DNA of 57,089 bases, counting the filler, from Sphacelaria rigidula (lineage: Eukaryota): the NCBI GenBank assembly GCA_964200075.2. It is 8 parts of 8 records of this genome, joined end to end, with 100 filler letters (N's around TTAATTAATTAA, not from the genome) between each part and the next. Parts side by side here need not be neighbours in the genome. Positions count along the whole stretch, not along the records: positions 21,448 to 28,496 come from CAXNAA020016762.1; positions 28,597 to 35,645 come from CAXNAA020016763.1; 6 more parts are not named here. One strand, written 5' to 3'. The notes beneath the pieces are model-generated. The model did not search any database. It had not been told where the DNA came from and was given only the letters and a program-made list of their open reading frames with translations. This document shows positions 21,944-35,192 of this stretch, piece after piece; the stretch's first letter is position 1, and each line of letters opens with the position of its first letter. The translations under genes and the position numbers were made by a program.

Positions 21944-24345
21944 ATTCAAATTAATCATTATGCCACATGGCGGACACACCTCCGGGGGCTTAAACGGTTA
22001 GCCCTTGACCTCGAAGTGTGTGCATAAACAGTCCACCTTCCTTGATGTATATGTTTTCTTTTGGGTACTTTACTCGCCTGCGGATTGCTCCTACGAGAAA
22101 GATCCCAAATTCCTCGCGGTAGGATCAAAACCCTTTTGCGCCAACACCCCCCATACATGAACCCTGCACGGACCACCGGCTCGAAACATGTGGGTTAACT
22201 CTGGTCGAACAACATACACCAGTCATCACGGGTTGGGACCCACGGAATACACGGCGTGTTGTCGCTCGGAAATATGGAAGCAAACGGAGGGGAGCTACTC
22301 AGCGATAGCGCCGAAGTTACCGCCATCGAAGTCAGTAGGTTGAGTTGTTCGGAAATGATGTACGGGTAGCGCAAGGGGCCGGTGGGGTGACAAGAGAGGA
22401 TCATTGCGTACACACCCTCCATACTGCAAGAAGAAGAGAGAAGTAGGGGGCGAGACTTTGGTTCTCCCCCTCTTTAGATCGGTCGAATCTATGATAGAGT
22501 GGAGTGCACGCCCAATAAGCAACCCCTCGATCTGCCTGCCGCGGATGCGTACTGTTGTGTATTGCAAATACAGTCGACGAAGTAATTATATCCCTCGCGA
22601 GCCCGCAAGTTGAGGCAATCGAGCTCCTACCCTTCTTGGTATGAGCCGAAGCGAGACTCACGTGATTCTCAGCGTATCCTTCATAGTGTTTGATGTTCAT
22701 TGTGCACTCACGTTCTTCCTTTCTTTCTGCTGCCCCCCTTCAGCCTTCTCTCTCTCTCGTGTACAATGTGCCATTCGCTACGTTCCCTCGGGGTTGTTGA
22801 TTGATTGAGTGCGGTGCGGGTGGTCCCCACTTTTGATCGACATTTTTTTGCATCCATTTCTCCCATGATGAATGTTTATCCGTCTGACCGGTAGAGCTCC
22901 GAATATTCGTAATTATGCAGTACAATACAACAGTAGCAAAATGCAGGTAACCACTCGAACGTGAATGATCGTCGTCTTCAAACGCCGCTCAAAACACTTC
23001 ACCCCATGTACAGCGATCCTCAGTACAGTACTCGTAGAGGTTTCTCAAGCACGAGGTTCCCGGTATATTTATTCCACTCCGAGTTATAGTCAAATATACC
23101 GGCAACCTCGAGTTTGAGATATAGCTCAAGTACGATCAAAAATAGGAATAAGGATTAGGATTCGGGCGGTGGTGGGGCGGGACCGGCCATGCGCTGATGA
23201 TCTGAGCCGCGCATGTTACTGTATGGTCGTTGGAGTGGGCGTCAACAATCAACAAGTCTTAAGAACAGACGTGATGTATAGCATGAACTATACTGTACTA
23301 TACTGTTGAGGGAGATTAGAGCTACAGCAGTATTATACCAATATGCATGTACTGTACATTCTTTATACGCGTATGTCAAGTCAATCGATCAAGTTACAGA
23401 GGCGGAATCGAGAAATTATGCAGTCCTCGGAAGGCAGAGAGGAACTCAGCGAAGTTGATGCCGGTTCCGCTCCGAAATTTGATGTTTCATGTGGTGAATA
23501 TTGTGCGATATTTCAACCATTATTCTAGGGGTTACTTACTAGAGGTATCTCAACCTCGAGGTAGTGGTGGTGGTGGTGGTGGTGTGTATGTGTGTGTTTG
23601 CGTTGTCATCCCATCTATACTGGACACCGGTCTACACCTTTCGGTATATGTGGGCACATCAGCCGGGTCCTGCTATGTTAGTATTTTACTGCTACTCCTC
23701 AGACGGCGAGAAGTAGATAATCTGTTGAATCGGCACCAATTTCACTTGAAAAAGTATACATGATCCAGGTGGACTATCCTCGCGGTCAAGAATCGAAAAC
23801 CACAAACCTCCAGTTTGAGATACCTCTACTACCACTACAATACTGCTGTGGATCTGAGGCTGCGAAAAACAAGACTGCACTATCGGATCCAGGCATGGTT
23901 GACAAGATCTTATTCTTTAGCCTCCAACTATTTTTACTTCAGCACCGACCAACTGGGTGATGCATGCATCGAGCGCATGCGTGCGCACTGCCAAAGCGAC
24001 AATGCTGCACAGTACAACGCCCTCAACTTTATCCAAACTCTACTCCGTGAGGTTGTGCGCTGGCGGAACTCGGAGAATAGCGCGTAGTTGACAGCTGTAT
24101 CGCACAAGTAGCCGCGTCGTCAGAGTTTATACATAGTGACGCATAAATATTCTGACGATGTATCAACACACTGACAGGTGGGTTGCATATGGATGCGCTT
24201 CAGATGTGCACCAGTCGCGCACGACAGCTGGAGTAGGCACACCGAGAGATCGAGTCAAGATCTACATGTAATAGTGCAACATCAACAACTAACTCTACCA
24301 TTGTATCACGCATCAACATGCGGGCTTTGCAAGCATGTACAGCGT

Positions 24346-26473
24346 CTAGTACCTCGTTTCCAGAGTCTTCAGAACTCGATGAAGTGCCTTCTCTACCACC
24401 TTGCTGTCTTCCTCGAATAGCACACCCTCTTCCTCCCACTCCGGTCGTCCCTTGGTCGACGCCCTCCCTGCAGTCGCATGCTGTCCAACCCCTGATATTT
24501 TGTTTTTCTTCCTCCCTTTTTTCTTGGTGGCCACGATCGCGTTGCCGTCTCCGCCTCCGCCCGTACCAATCCCGCCGTCCACCCCACCATCACTCCTCTC
24601 GGCTCCTTGCTTATCATCCTTCATCTTATCCGCCTGAGAGTTTTAGGGAAAATATTCGATCACAGCACACAACACGCAACAGACACGAAACGCGCGTAAA
24701 ATGAGGTGGGAAAATACGATTGAACACCCAGCGTTGGGCGATCGGACTGATATGTGGGTGGTATAGGATGGATATATGTCACACTTATGTATTTCCTTGT
24801 GGAACTACAATGAAATTGCATGCGCAACGCGAACAGGAGGAGGGGAGCGACCCGCCCGCGCGCGATGGGGGCTGCGGTGTACGCAGCGCCGGCAATCAAT
24901 CGCTGTGAACACACCTACGAAACACTGGATGTATGTACGTACGTTTTCGTACGCAAAAGGAGATATCAAGTTGGCATGCGGCAGCAGTAGTGCAGACTAT
25001 GATAATAGTTTGATCGTCAACTCTAAAGCAAGCAGCAACAGCGTAAACGACGGCACAATGCCGGCTGATGCGGGCAGGGCAATTTGATTTGATCGCTCTT
25101 TGTCTGTTCGCACACGAGTCCTTGCTTCCCATTCGAAGCAGTAGTTCGTTTAAATGCATGTTTTTGCAATTCCTAAACGCCAATCTTGATCTGCGGTTGC
25201 CGGGCGGCAACTAATGGGAATAAATTGCTGAGATGATGGCACCGACGCGGGCACATAAAAAAGTATATATATGATGGCACGATCTTCGTTCCCTACAGTG
25301 TCTCGCACCCTACACCGTCGCAAGAAAAAACTACAAGATCGGCGCTGGTCGCGTGACAGAGGCGCCTTAGGGGGAGGGTCTTCCGTGCGTTTGCGAATCA
25401 TGGTGGTGGCTGTCACGCCGCAGTCCGTGGAGGATCTGGCGGTGACGATGATGGTAGAACGGCGATGACCCGAGATCTGTTTCTCGCCCGAGATCTTCCT
25501 GCTAACTACTGCATAGAGAGCACGCCAATGCCCCACGAATGTTTCCACCTATACAGCACCCAGAAACGAAAGATCCCTCCTGTCCGCCGCGCTCGGGCGT
25601 ACGCGGATGGTGACGATCAAGTATATCAACAGAGGGGCTCTAGTCTGGGAGCTTTTTGTGATTTCAAACATGTTTAAATAATCTGGACTAAGCAGATGCG
25701 GGCGTGATAATACATGATCATTCGAGGACATAACAACACACGCGTTGTGTGCCCAACTTTTGCGTTGCGCCAGAGCCAGAGCGCGCCCGTTCGTGTTGTG
25801 TTTCCAGAGCAGCCGAAAAATGATCATCCTTCCCGAACGCAAACGGTGTCGACTACTGACAGACCGAGAGAGCTTGGGGTTACTGGTACTGAGTGCTCTT
25901 GAGGATACTTTCTACGATAGCCCCCCCCCCAAAAGTGTATGGTTTTGGGAGGCAAAATCTTCACATAAATCGAAATGGGAAAAGCCGAGCACAACGAGGA
26001 GCTGGGAATTCTCACGCTTGCGTTCGTTCTAGCTACTGTCGCCAATATGAAGCGCTTCATGCAGCCTGGAGCCGAACATGAGGCGCTCTATGGGCATTTT
26101 TTCCATGACATTTTTGCTGGTTTTTTTGGGGGGGCTATCGTAGAAAGTGTCTGAGATACCATGTCACATGGCTGGGTGCATACGAATGTGGGCACCGGGT
26201 TGTATATCCGGACGTAACAACCCTCGTGCAGCTGTGTCTCAATCATAAATACCGTTGTTGTCGTGCAGTATGTACGGTATTTCAAGTGCATCCTTTGTAG
26301 CCGTTTTTGCTTCATTGCAAGAGGGGGGAGAAAGGCGATGTGGGCGCACCTACCTGCTGTTTCTGAGCAATCTGCCGCTCCAACTCCATGGTGTCGGTGT
26401 AGCGCCATTGGATACGCGGCCTACGGTCGAGTGGGCGCATGTAGCTCATGATGTTGGCACTAACCGCAAGGGT
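24346..26473 (-). CDS. Probable last two exons of an unidentified protein (26473-26354, 24633-24346)
   Basis: ag|TLAVSANIMSYMRPLDRRPRIQWRYTDTMELERQIAQKQQ|gtaggt (120 nt, phase 0/0) and ctctcag|ADKMKDDK...TKKKGRKKNK...EEDSKVVEKALHRVLKTLETRY-stop; coding-like composition, no family recognised. Confidence 0.5.
25904..26151. mobile_element. MITE (248 bp), TIR GA(T/C)ACTTTCTACGATAGCCCCCCC, apparent 4-bp TSD TGAG
   Basis: tgag|gatactttctacgatagccccccc ... gggggggctatcgtagaaagtgtc|tgag. Confidence 0.75.
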
Positions 26474-27074
26474 CTAGAACTATCCTTGTGCAATCCTCTC
26501 CGACAATGTGGCCCCAGATATTTGTGATTCATGCGGGTGGGGTGCACACACCGGAGGCGGGTGTTGCAAGTAACTTCTCACGTATCAGATACGACCCCCA
26601 GCCCCTGATGTTACAAACGCCAACATCGTACATATGGGCCTAGAGCAACATGCTATCTGAACAGAAGTAAAGACTGTCAGGCATTATCATTTCTGCTTCT
26701 TGACGAATATTATGCAAGGCTGGCAGTAGACATCCACGCGGTAAAAATATCTAGTTTTATTGCGCTGGAAGAACGATGCAAATGGTATCATTATTATTGG
26801 CGCGACCCTCAAGGGGGCTCATCAAATTTCCCAGTGTTACTCGTTGTGAGTACGGGTCAGAAGAGCAAACCCAGATATTCTATATAGCCCGACATTGTAC
26901 AGCCTGCAAAGCAGATGCTGCCCCCAGTTGAGATGCGCCGGTCTGGGGTCAAGGCTCGATATTTTACGGCCTGCACTTTTCTTATCGCAAAGAAGAACGA
27001 GCCAATATACAAAACAAAACACCACACAGAACACAGAAGGGAGGATCCCGAGACATGAGGTTGGACATTAACAC

Positions 27075-27533
27075 CTGCCAGAAAGAAATATTTACCAGTA
27101 TCCGAGAGGAGGAGGAAGTAGATCACAGAATTGCCCCTGTCGCAAAGCAGTAGAGAGTATAACTCATATTAGTAGTGGTAGAATGTGAACTATACAAGGA
27201 GTAACGGGACGTGCCAGATGGGGAAATGCGGGACGTGAACGAAGGTGGCATGAAATTGTTTGATGCATTAGACAGTAGGGAGAAAACGATGGCTATACTA
27301 GGAGACAGATGGTGGCCACAGACGACGAAACAGGACGGGGATGAGATATGTAAATGGTCATGTGTCATCTCTGGAAGAAACGTAATGAGCACCGAAATGT
27401 TGGAGATGTCTCTATTAGCAGTAGGAATGGTGATCCGTCTCGAAAGGGATGCGTGGTCAAAGGCCAAACGGCGAAGGCAAGCAACAAACGAGTGCGCCCC
27501 CCCCCCCCTCCCCCGCCGCTCCCCCCCCCCCCG
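27075..27533 (+). mobile_element. Degenerate non-LTR retrotransposon ORF2 C-terminus (family A) with zinc knuckle and C-run
   Basis: Frameshifted translation NCPCRKAVESITHI..VECELYKE*RDV...DSREKTMAILGDRWWPQ...HLWKKRNE...SRKGCVVKGQTAKASNK resembles the CCHC knuckle region of LINE ORF2. Confidence 0.75.
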
Positions 27534-27965
27534 CTACCGGGCTCCCTGTTCCTCCGTCTACTGTTTTTACCCCATCAATACTCACCNNNNNNNNNNACAC
27601 TCGCAGTCAGCGTTACAATAAGATTTGCCTTAAACGATAAGAAACAGCGGTGAAAAGAAAGAAACCTCCCCCCCCCCCCCCCCCCCCCTCCCGGGCGGCA
27701 ATTTTGTCGAAAACTGCCATGATTTTGTTGATTTTTCTTGTTAATATTCTTCAAGAAATCGGCCAACAAACACTCTGACAAAAACCGAAACGTCTGGTGG
27801 GCTTTGCGAGGTTCGTATATTTGCTTCTGCTCCTTGCCCGCTCTGTCCCAATGGCCTCGGATGCCGACCACGCTCACATACATATATACACACGAGCGCA
27901 CGGTAGCGACAGCCTGCAACCAAAGAAGCAACATCATCTCACGCCCCGTCAAATTTGCCCGGATT

Positions 27966-28216
27966 GAGCAATGCTACGGTAGGGGTGCACTTTTTGCGCG
28001 AAATCTAGTCAGGTTTAGGAGCTCCCAAGGATTCTAGATGCACAATAATATGGGTCAGGGCACCCCTGTTTGCAAATTCATTTGGGGTATCCCCAGCACA
28101 TTGGAATAGTAATCCTGACGTACTCTTACATAGTAGTCGTGTTTCGGATGAGATGAAGGGCATCTCATAATTTTAACCTCGGAAAATATTTGTGCACCCC
28201 TATCGTGGCATCACTC
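27966..28216. mobile_element. MITE (~250 bp), TIR GAG..ATGC.ACG.TAGGGGTGCAC; partial copies 35573-35645 and 55733-55960
   Basis: gagcaatgctacggtaggggtgcac ... gtgcacccctatcgtggcatcactc; internal sequence shared with 55733-55960. Confidence 0.75.
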
Positions 28217-28599
28217 CACACTACTGGTAGGTACTCGAGGCACACCTCACAGAACATGATCCCATAGAGCTAAATGTAGTCATGGTAAGTGATGAGCTTG
28301 TGGGGGTGGCGCGTCGGCGATCTCATCGATCTCCATGCCAAGGATCTCTGTACACGGCAGATGACCGCATTCGCCGACGCCTCGCCAAGAAACTAGGGGA
28401 CAGCAAACCGGGTCCCCGCCCCCCCCTCAAACGCAATATTTCGATATCTTACAAGGACTTGCACAAGGATGTACGTTATCACCCACTTTGTTCAAGNNNN
28501 NNNNNNNNNNNNNNNNNNNNNNNNNNNNNNNNNNNNNNNNTTAATTAATTAANNNNNNNNNNNNNNNNNNNNNNNNNNNNNNNNNNNNNNNNNNNNTAA

Positions 28600-28697
28600 C
28601 CCTTAGACCGCGAGATTAGTCTTTCTGGATCATGCATACTTTACTTCACTTGAAATTGATGCCGATTCAACGGAAGACTAACCTCGCGGTCTGAGGG
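28600..28697. mobile_element. 98-bp piggyBac-type MITE; degenerate copies ~20993-21100, 21448-21523, 23695-23795, 36281-36385, 36968-37020
   Basis: (t)taa|cccttagaccgcgagattagtctt ... aagactaacctcgcggtctgaggg|ttaa: CCC/GGG ends with TTAA target; shared core cacttgaaattgatgccgattcaac. Confidence 0.8.
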
Positions 28698-28732
28698 TTA
28701 AGACAGGCCCTTTCAAGGGCATAAATCAGTTT

Positions 28733-28905
28733 AGTAAAATGCCCTCAACTCACGAAACAAGATAAAATTCGTTGGGACCTCACAGACAGCTTTTCTTCAT
28801 GCCCTGTTGATTGTCCATACCAAATTTCACTTTCCAACTCCAAGAAAAAAATTGCGAATTCGCCTGCAAAGTACAAATCTGCTTGTAGGCTGACCCAGCC
28901 TGTAC
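28733..28905 (+). repeat. Single arm of the foldback repeat seen at 47549-47855
   Basis: gtaaaatgccctcaactca...cacagacag.ttttcttcatgccctg...ttgcgaattcgcctgc.aagtacaaa...cccagcctgtac matches 47687-47855. Confidence 0.8.
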
Positions 28906-29649
28906 ATGTGTAGCACTTTCAAGTAGTAGTGAGGGACGGTACTCCAGAAAAACTCAGAAAAAAGGACTACCACGAATTTTGAAAACTTTTGATGCTGACT
29001 ACTATACAGTATATGCCGGTAGGATCAATCAGGTGGAGGTGAAAGACGCTCGTTCTACATTTTGACGTACACCGACACTGCAGCGCACGAATTCGAAGCC
29101 CGTACATTCGCGGAATCTCTTGGATGATGTGGCGGCTGTGCACAAACTACGCGGCTCGCAGATGTCTCGTGCTGTGCGCTGAGAAGAGGGCGTGTCGTGC
29201 TAACCGTTACACGACCAATCGGCGCACTGTAGTACGTGCTTCATGGGACCGGCCGCCGATCTTTCCAATACAGCAATACAGTATAGTACCCGTACAAAAG
29301 GCAGCACACTACTGACTGTTCTTCTGTCGTTCACTCTCTGTAGAGCGTCATGCAAAGGTTGTACGTGAAATATGGCACACAGATCGCATGGCGACCCGTC
29401 GCACGCGCGCACGAGATACCTTTATAGGCATGTGTCAAGTATTTTTGGTTGGCTGTGTCTGGTGTGGTGCGTACGTACAGCGTTCTTGTATGGTATCTTG
29501 TTCTGTTTGCTGTCCACTCCCTGTACTAAAAGTATCTAAAATTCAACATGGTTACTCTAGAGCCATAGTCATTTCCCAGTCATTCTGTACAGGGGGTGGT
29601 AAAAAAAACAAGTACAAGTAGACATCACACAACAGGTGGCCCACCTTGT

Positions 29650-29658
29650 CATAAATAG
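29650..29658 (+). promoter_or_regulatory. TATA-like element upstream of the LHCF gene
   Basis: cataaatag ~65 nt upstream of the ATG, followed by a C/A- and pyrimidine-rich leader and acaaccATG context. Confidence 0.35.
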
Positions 29659-29716
29659 GTTGAACACCACATCCAACACCAATCTTCTTTCCTCTCCTCT
29701 CTTCCAAAACACAACC

Positions 29717-32700
29717 ATGAAATCCGCTGTGATGGCTGTCGCTTGCGCCGCTGGCGCCCAGGCTTTCGTTGCCCCCAGGTTAGTGAGCGTCTGTGTGTCT
29801 ACGCGTGCGTTTAGTTCGCTAGATCATTGTTTGGTCTGGTCATCATGTGATGGTAGGATTTGTTTGTGAGAGGATTTTGTTTCGGGCTCGTTTGTTTTCC
29901 AAGGCGCCCCAAACAGCATGTGGTCGGCATGAAGGAGAGGGCGCCTGCCCTTCCTTCACGCCTATTTCCACAGAAGAAATGGATAAACGGGGGGTGGGGA
30001 TGGGGATGGGGTGAGGATGAAACGGGATGGGCGAATTTTATTTGGTTGTACCTGAGCATGGGTTTTGTCGCGTGTCTCTCGTGGGTTGTTCAACGCATGC
30101 ACACGTTTGTGTACGTACTCCGCACACTCCCGAATCGCTGTAAAGACCATCTCCTGTAGTTGGTGATGTTTCAGCCGCGACAGGGGCTGGACGGTTGCGA
30201 CACCGCCGCCCAGCGAGTAAGCGTACACAGATCACACCCACGAGTTGACCGTGGTCTATCTAGCGTTGATGCGTTGGTTTCACGTTACGAAAAGGAGATG
30301 CTGTTACGTTCCAAAAAATTCCCCAGTCTCCTAGTGAGCTTTGTTTTCAGCAGGCGCCTATTTATGTACGGGTGGGCGCATGTAGTCCCGGAGCAGTTGG
30401 TGCCGCACGCGTCGAGCTGCACAAGTAGCTGCTGTGGGGTGAAACGTGTGGTGCCGTCTCGTAACCGCAGTAGCCGTGTGTGTACTGCTGTTTCAGTCAC
30501 GAGTGGGGTTCTTGACTCATATTCCACAGTTCGTGACATTCAAGTATGTGCGGCCTCGATTATAACAGGTGTACTTTTACACGTGCCGCCTTTAGCACGA
30601 GGCGCGAAGCCGACGAACCTTGTCTTTATTTTCCCCGATCGGTCTCGCTCTTACTCGAATTGAGTATGCCCGCACATATTGCCAAAAGCTACACTTCAAT
30701 CTCGCGTGTGGGTGGTCGCTCAAGGTTCTGCCACCAATTTGATGGCATCAACAGATACTCTCTCCTGAGTCACAATCGGCCTGATGGTACCATCGGCACT
30801 ATCGCTGTCAAAAGTACGAACACACGTCTGCGTGTGCAGTCGGCGTTTCCTGTAGCCGCTAGTGAGATCAAGTACGAGTAGGTGATACATTGGAAAGTTG
30901 GAAACGTGTCGCCACCGGAACCCTACATGAGCTCTCAACGGACCATCTCCCCGTAGAGCATGACTTTGTTGGCGGTGTCGAGCAGGCGCTAGACACGGGT
31001 ACGCCAGCCACAGCTCTGTCCAAACATGCTTGTAATTCTTTGAGCTCGTGGTTGTAGTACTGTCCGATATGAACTATGCCGCCCCAGTCATGCTCGAAAG
31101 TCTACGCGTGGGTGCTACCCCTCCGACAAGTCATGTGCGAATCTCGGACACTGGGTCATGATTGCTGGGGCTGTTTTCTGGACACCAGTGCTCGGAAAAA
31201 GAGCTCCCCCGGAAAACTGTGACGGCAAGTTTCACAACGAGGCCAAGGAATGTATCATGAAGATTGGGGATCTATTTGAGCACAAGCACACCATGTCTGA
31301 GGACCGACACCCGGATGGGTAAGGTGGTGTACAAGGTCGAGCCAAAGGACATTGTAGGAGGTTTGGTCGGTGAGGGACATTTTTGTTTTACCTGGAGTCC
31401 GACACTACCTGGGTGTAGGGGCACTCCCACCTTGGTGCCCATTTATACATCCGCTGAGCATGTCCACCCTCGGATGGGCATGTTTGCCGGGTGGAGCGAC
31501 TCGAAGCGCTGCACAAAACTGGAAATAGGGAAGTGTATGGATGAACGGCTCCTTCCTGTTCTCTCGTGACGAAAAAAAATCACATCTTGTCATCAGCAAC
31601 TACAATGAGAACATACTCCACCGTTGTACCTGCGCGGACTGCCGTTCAGCACATGGAAAATCGACCTCTGGTGAAAGTCGGAGAATTCTTTAAATATTGA
31701 GGAAAGTGTCGAGGCTCCCGTTATATTTTATTTGGCAGCGGTAATTCACAGTTGGGTATCGAGAACCTGGAGTTCTTACGACTGTAACCAGCATGGAGAA
31801 ATCAGTTGGTCGTATTGGATGCTATCGTCCACTCACTGAGGTGAGGAAAAAGGAATCGGCATGAAAAGTGCACACCGCCTGTCGGCTTTTCAGCCCAACA
31901 TTTACACGTTACCACTTGGAGGGGGAAAAAGTATGAAACCATGTCACAAAGATGTGACACACGGAACAATTCCTGGGGGTCCGACTGTTGCTCATGAGTC
32001 GTCCAATTTTGGAGGAAATGGCACCTCCGAGAGTGCCCATTCGAAACTACGAGACCTTCTTTACCCCCCCCCTCCGGCGGTCGTAATTTCTTTTTCACAT
32101 GAAAATATTCGATAAATAATCGCCATTTTGGGGCGACTTGCGTGAGGTAGCGCCCATGACTGATGGCCCTATCTGCTGCCACCAAAACATTCGCAAATTG
32201 GCGGTGCAGGTAGATGCTTGAGCTTGATCGAGCAAGCATTGCAGAGCATCGTGGTTTTCATCAGGTCTTATTCCCCGTCGTGAAAGTGTGATGTGCAGTG
32301 TAGTGCCGAAACTCATGGGAAGAACTTGGCCTTGGCTCCGAAGGCATGCGAAGAATTGAAGCTTCATCGACACGATTTTTTATTTCATGTTTACTTTTTA
32401 TTTTTTTATTTCACTCATGTATTGGATTTAGAAATCCTCTACCCCTCCGGAACACCTAGGATGAAAACAATCGGCATTGGGCCTCGCATTTGTTTTTGGC
32501 GCACTCCTCCCATATGAGTTGATCAAATGTCTCCTTTTGTGCAAAGCGTCACATTTTGCATGTCGCCACCACAGTCCATGCTCCGCTGATGCTCGGAGTG
32601 TTACCCGCCACGAATTTACGGTAACCTCGAACAGACATGCTGGACGTCCGGCGCTAATTTCCCTACCGATTCCGTTGCCCAATCGCTCCCTGTCCCGACA

Positions 32701-33301
32701 CTACAAAAACAGCGCCTTCAACGGCGCCGCCGTGACCCAGTCCGCGAAGACTTCGTCTGCCATGAAGATGTCCTTCGAGTCCGAGATCGGCGCGCAGCCC
32801 CCCCTCGGCTTCTGGGACCCGCTTGGCCTTCTGGCCGATGCTGACCAGGAGCGCTTCGAGCGCCTTCGGTATGTGGAGGTGAAGCACGGTCGCATTGCTA
32901 TGCTCGCCATCGCCGGTCACCTGACCCAGCAAAACGCTCGTCTTCCCGGTATGCTCTCCACCTCGGCGGGCATCTCCTTCGCCGACATGCCCAACGGTGT
33001 GGCGGCCCTGTCGAAGATTCCCCCCGCGGGTCTTGCCCAGATCGTTGCCTTCATCGGCTTCCTCGAGCTTGCCGTGATGAAGAACGTGGAGGGGTCATTC
33101 CCGGGAGACTTCACCCTCGGCGGCACCCCCGCCGCGTGGGACGCCATGTCCGAGGAGACTCAGGAGTCCAAGCGGGCGATCGAACTCAACAACGGGCGTG
33201 CGGCGCAGATGGGTATCCTGGCAATGATGGTGCACGAGGAGCTCTCCAACCAGCCATACATCATCAATGACCTTTTGGGCGCCTCGTACACCTTCAACTG
33301 A
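29717..33301 (+). CDS. LHCF: Fucoxanthin-chlorophyll a/c binding light-harvesting protein precursor (LHCF/FCP), 216 aa; exons 29717-29778 and 32713-33301
   Basis: MKSAVMAVACAAGAQAFVAP/SAFNGAAV...MKMSFESEIGAQPPLGFWDPLGL...RLRYVEVKHGRIAMLA...FIGFLE...ELNNGRAAQMG...YTFN*; bipartite plastid presequence with AQA-FVAP (ASAFAP-like) motif; phase-2 GT-AG intron of 2934 nt. Confidence 0.97.
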
Positions 33302-35192
33302 AGCCCCGCTTTTGATTAGATGGTGCCGCAACCATCATGAACTAGCCGCCTGCCGTTGTTCCCGATACTGTAGATAACATGGTGGGGCGGTCTGTGGGCT
33401 GCTATAGGTGTGTTGTATTGCTTCATTGGTCGCTCCCGAGTGATTCGGGGAGGAAGCATATGAGAGTCGACGGGGGGTACAAGTGTGTTCCAATGAGGAA
33501 TTGGAGCGCGTGTTCATCCACAGGGGAACTGTGGGCGAACGACTTAAGTGAGGTCTCGCAAGCTGCACGCATTGTAGGCCTCACGCTTTGGTCGCAACTG
33601 TAGGGGATGGGGCGTACTGCTTGTACGTGAATAATGAACTCTGAATTGAACAGGTTTTCCCCATCTGTCTCTAGCTACCCGCCGGTTCTTCAGTGGGTGG
33701 AACGATGCAGTTTCGGTTGTCTTGTTGACGATTTTCTGTATGTCTAATGTGAGGGAGGGTATTCACCCATGCAATTGGGCACAGGATGGTCATCCGCGTC
33801 TTGTCGGAGGAAAGCACTCGTCTAGTCTCCCATCCGAGTCAACTTTTTTGTGTCGTGTTTGCTGTGGAAACCAGTTGCGTGTGCGTCGATTTGCTTGTTT
33901 TTATGCGGAAATAATGCATGGGCTTTTTCAAACACATTGTGGTTTCTCCTGTTTTGAGTTACAGCATATCTGCGTATACTGCCGAATTACCGAAGCCTTC
34001 TGGCTCACAAAACGTGGGGCAGGACTGCATGGCTTGGATGATGTTACATGACGTGACCAGACATTCTTGTCGGAAACAGCAGCGGAATCTGGGAGGACCT
34101 GCGGTTCGATGTGTACCGTGTCCTTGATTTTCATACATGACAGCCCTAGACTCTGTGTCCACGCTTGACTAGCGTGCCGTGAACGGATCAAAACTCAAGC
34201 ACTCGCTTTTTCGAGCGAACATCACGTGAAATTCGATAACCTTCAACATGGAACCATGTCAGGCCGAGGATATGACGGAGGCATTCCTCCTGGGCTGTGA
34301 TGCGCCTCATATCCCGAGAAATTTTGACTGGCGGCCGTAAATTGTGGAGACGACGTGAATGTTGGAGCCACACCTGAGATCATTCACGCCTACCCTCCGT
34401 CAAATGAGCGAACATATCATGGGTTGACGTGTAAGCTGACACTTATGGAATTAGCGCATCCTGACAACGATAAAGAGTAGAGAGATGACTTCCCCACACA
34501 TTTCATTGAAACGAGGAATGAAATTTCAATAGTTCTCGGCTGCTACCGAAAATCTTGATTTGGTCGTTATACTAACTGAGCCGGTAACCTCGCAATCGTC
34601 TCTCGTAACGCTTCGATTGTGAAATCGAATTTCGGAGCAACGTGGAATGAAGCCACTATCCATGGGGTGTTCGGAGAAGATATCAATGCCCTGTCCTACC
34701 GTGCTGATGAGGTGGTTTGCCGGGGATCTGAGATAGCTGAGGTGGTCATGGCGAGTATTCTGGCGGCGTCCGGTGCATTCTTGCGGATTACTACTTGTTC
34801 TCCGCCCGAGTTCAGGTCAAATGCTTACCCGTAATTGTTATACTTTGAACAAGAAACGAGCCTGACATTATCAATCACGAAATTCTTACTTTCCATCGCC
34901 TGTCTGTCGCGCTCGGTATATTGTGGGTATGCCCGAAATTCGACCGCTTCCTGCGAACTGAAGAAGTATATTTACATATCTGAGAACTCCCTGTTTTGAA
35001 CTTTTCATAACGGATTAGTGGCAGGAGAAGGGCCTTGGCGGATTTCGCCTCTCGTCGAAAAGATTTGCCACGTTTTTCACGAGGGTTCGAGCGCACATTC
35101 CCGAGTGATTGTACGCTCAATTTTTTTTACAGTTGCCCCTGAAATCGTCCAGTTGTTGGGAAAAATATGTACTTTACTTTTTCCCACCAACT

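Noticed and set aside
22036..22700. Minus-strand exon candidates as the HDAC first exon
   Set aside because: Separated from HDAC by an artificial spacer; no convincing similarity
24346..24633. Terminal exon as the HDAC C-terminus
   Set aside because: Different unlinked contig, lies upstream in gene orientation, and the preceding exon candidate has no HDAC motifs
32477..32712. N-terminal 79 aa of the 274-aa LHC ORF
   Set aside because: Intron read-through; the real first exon is 29717-29778
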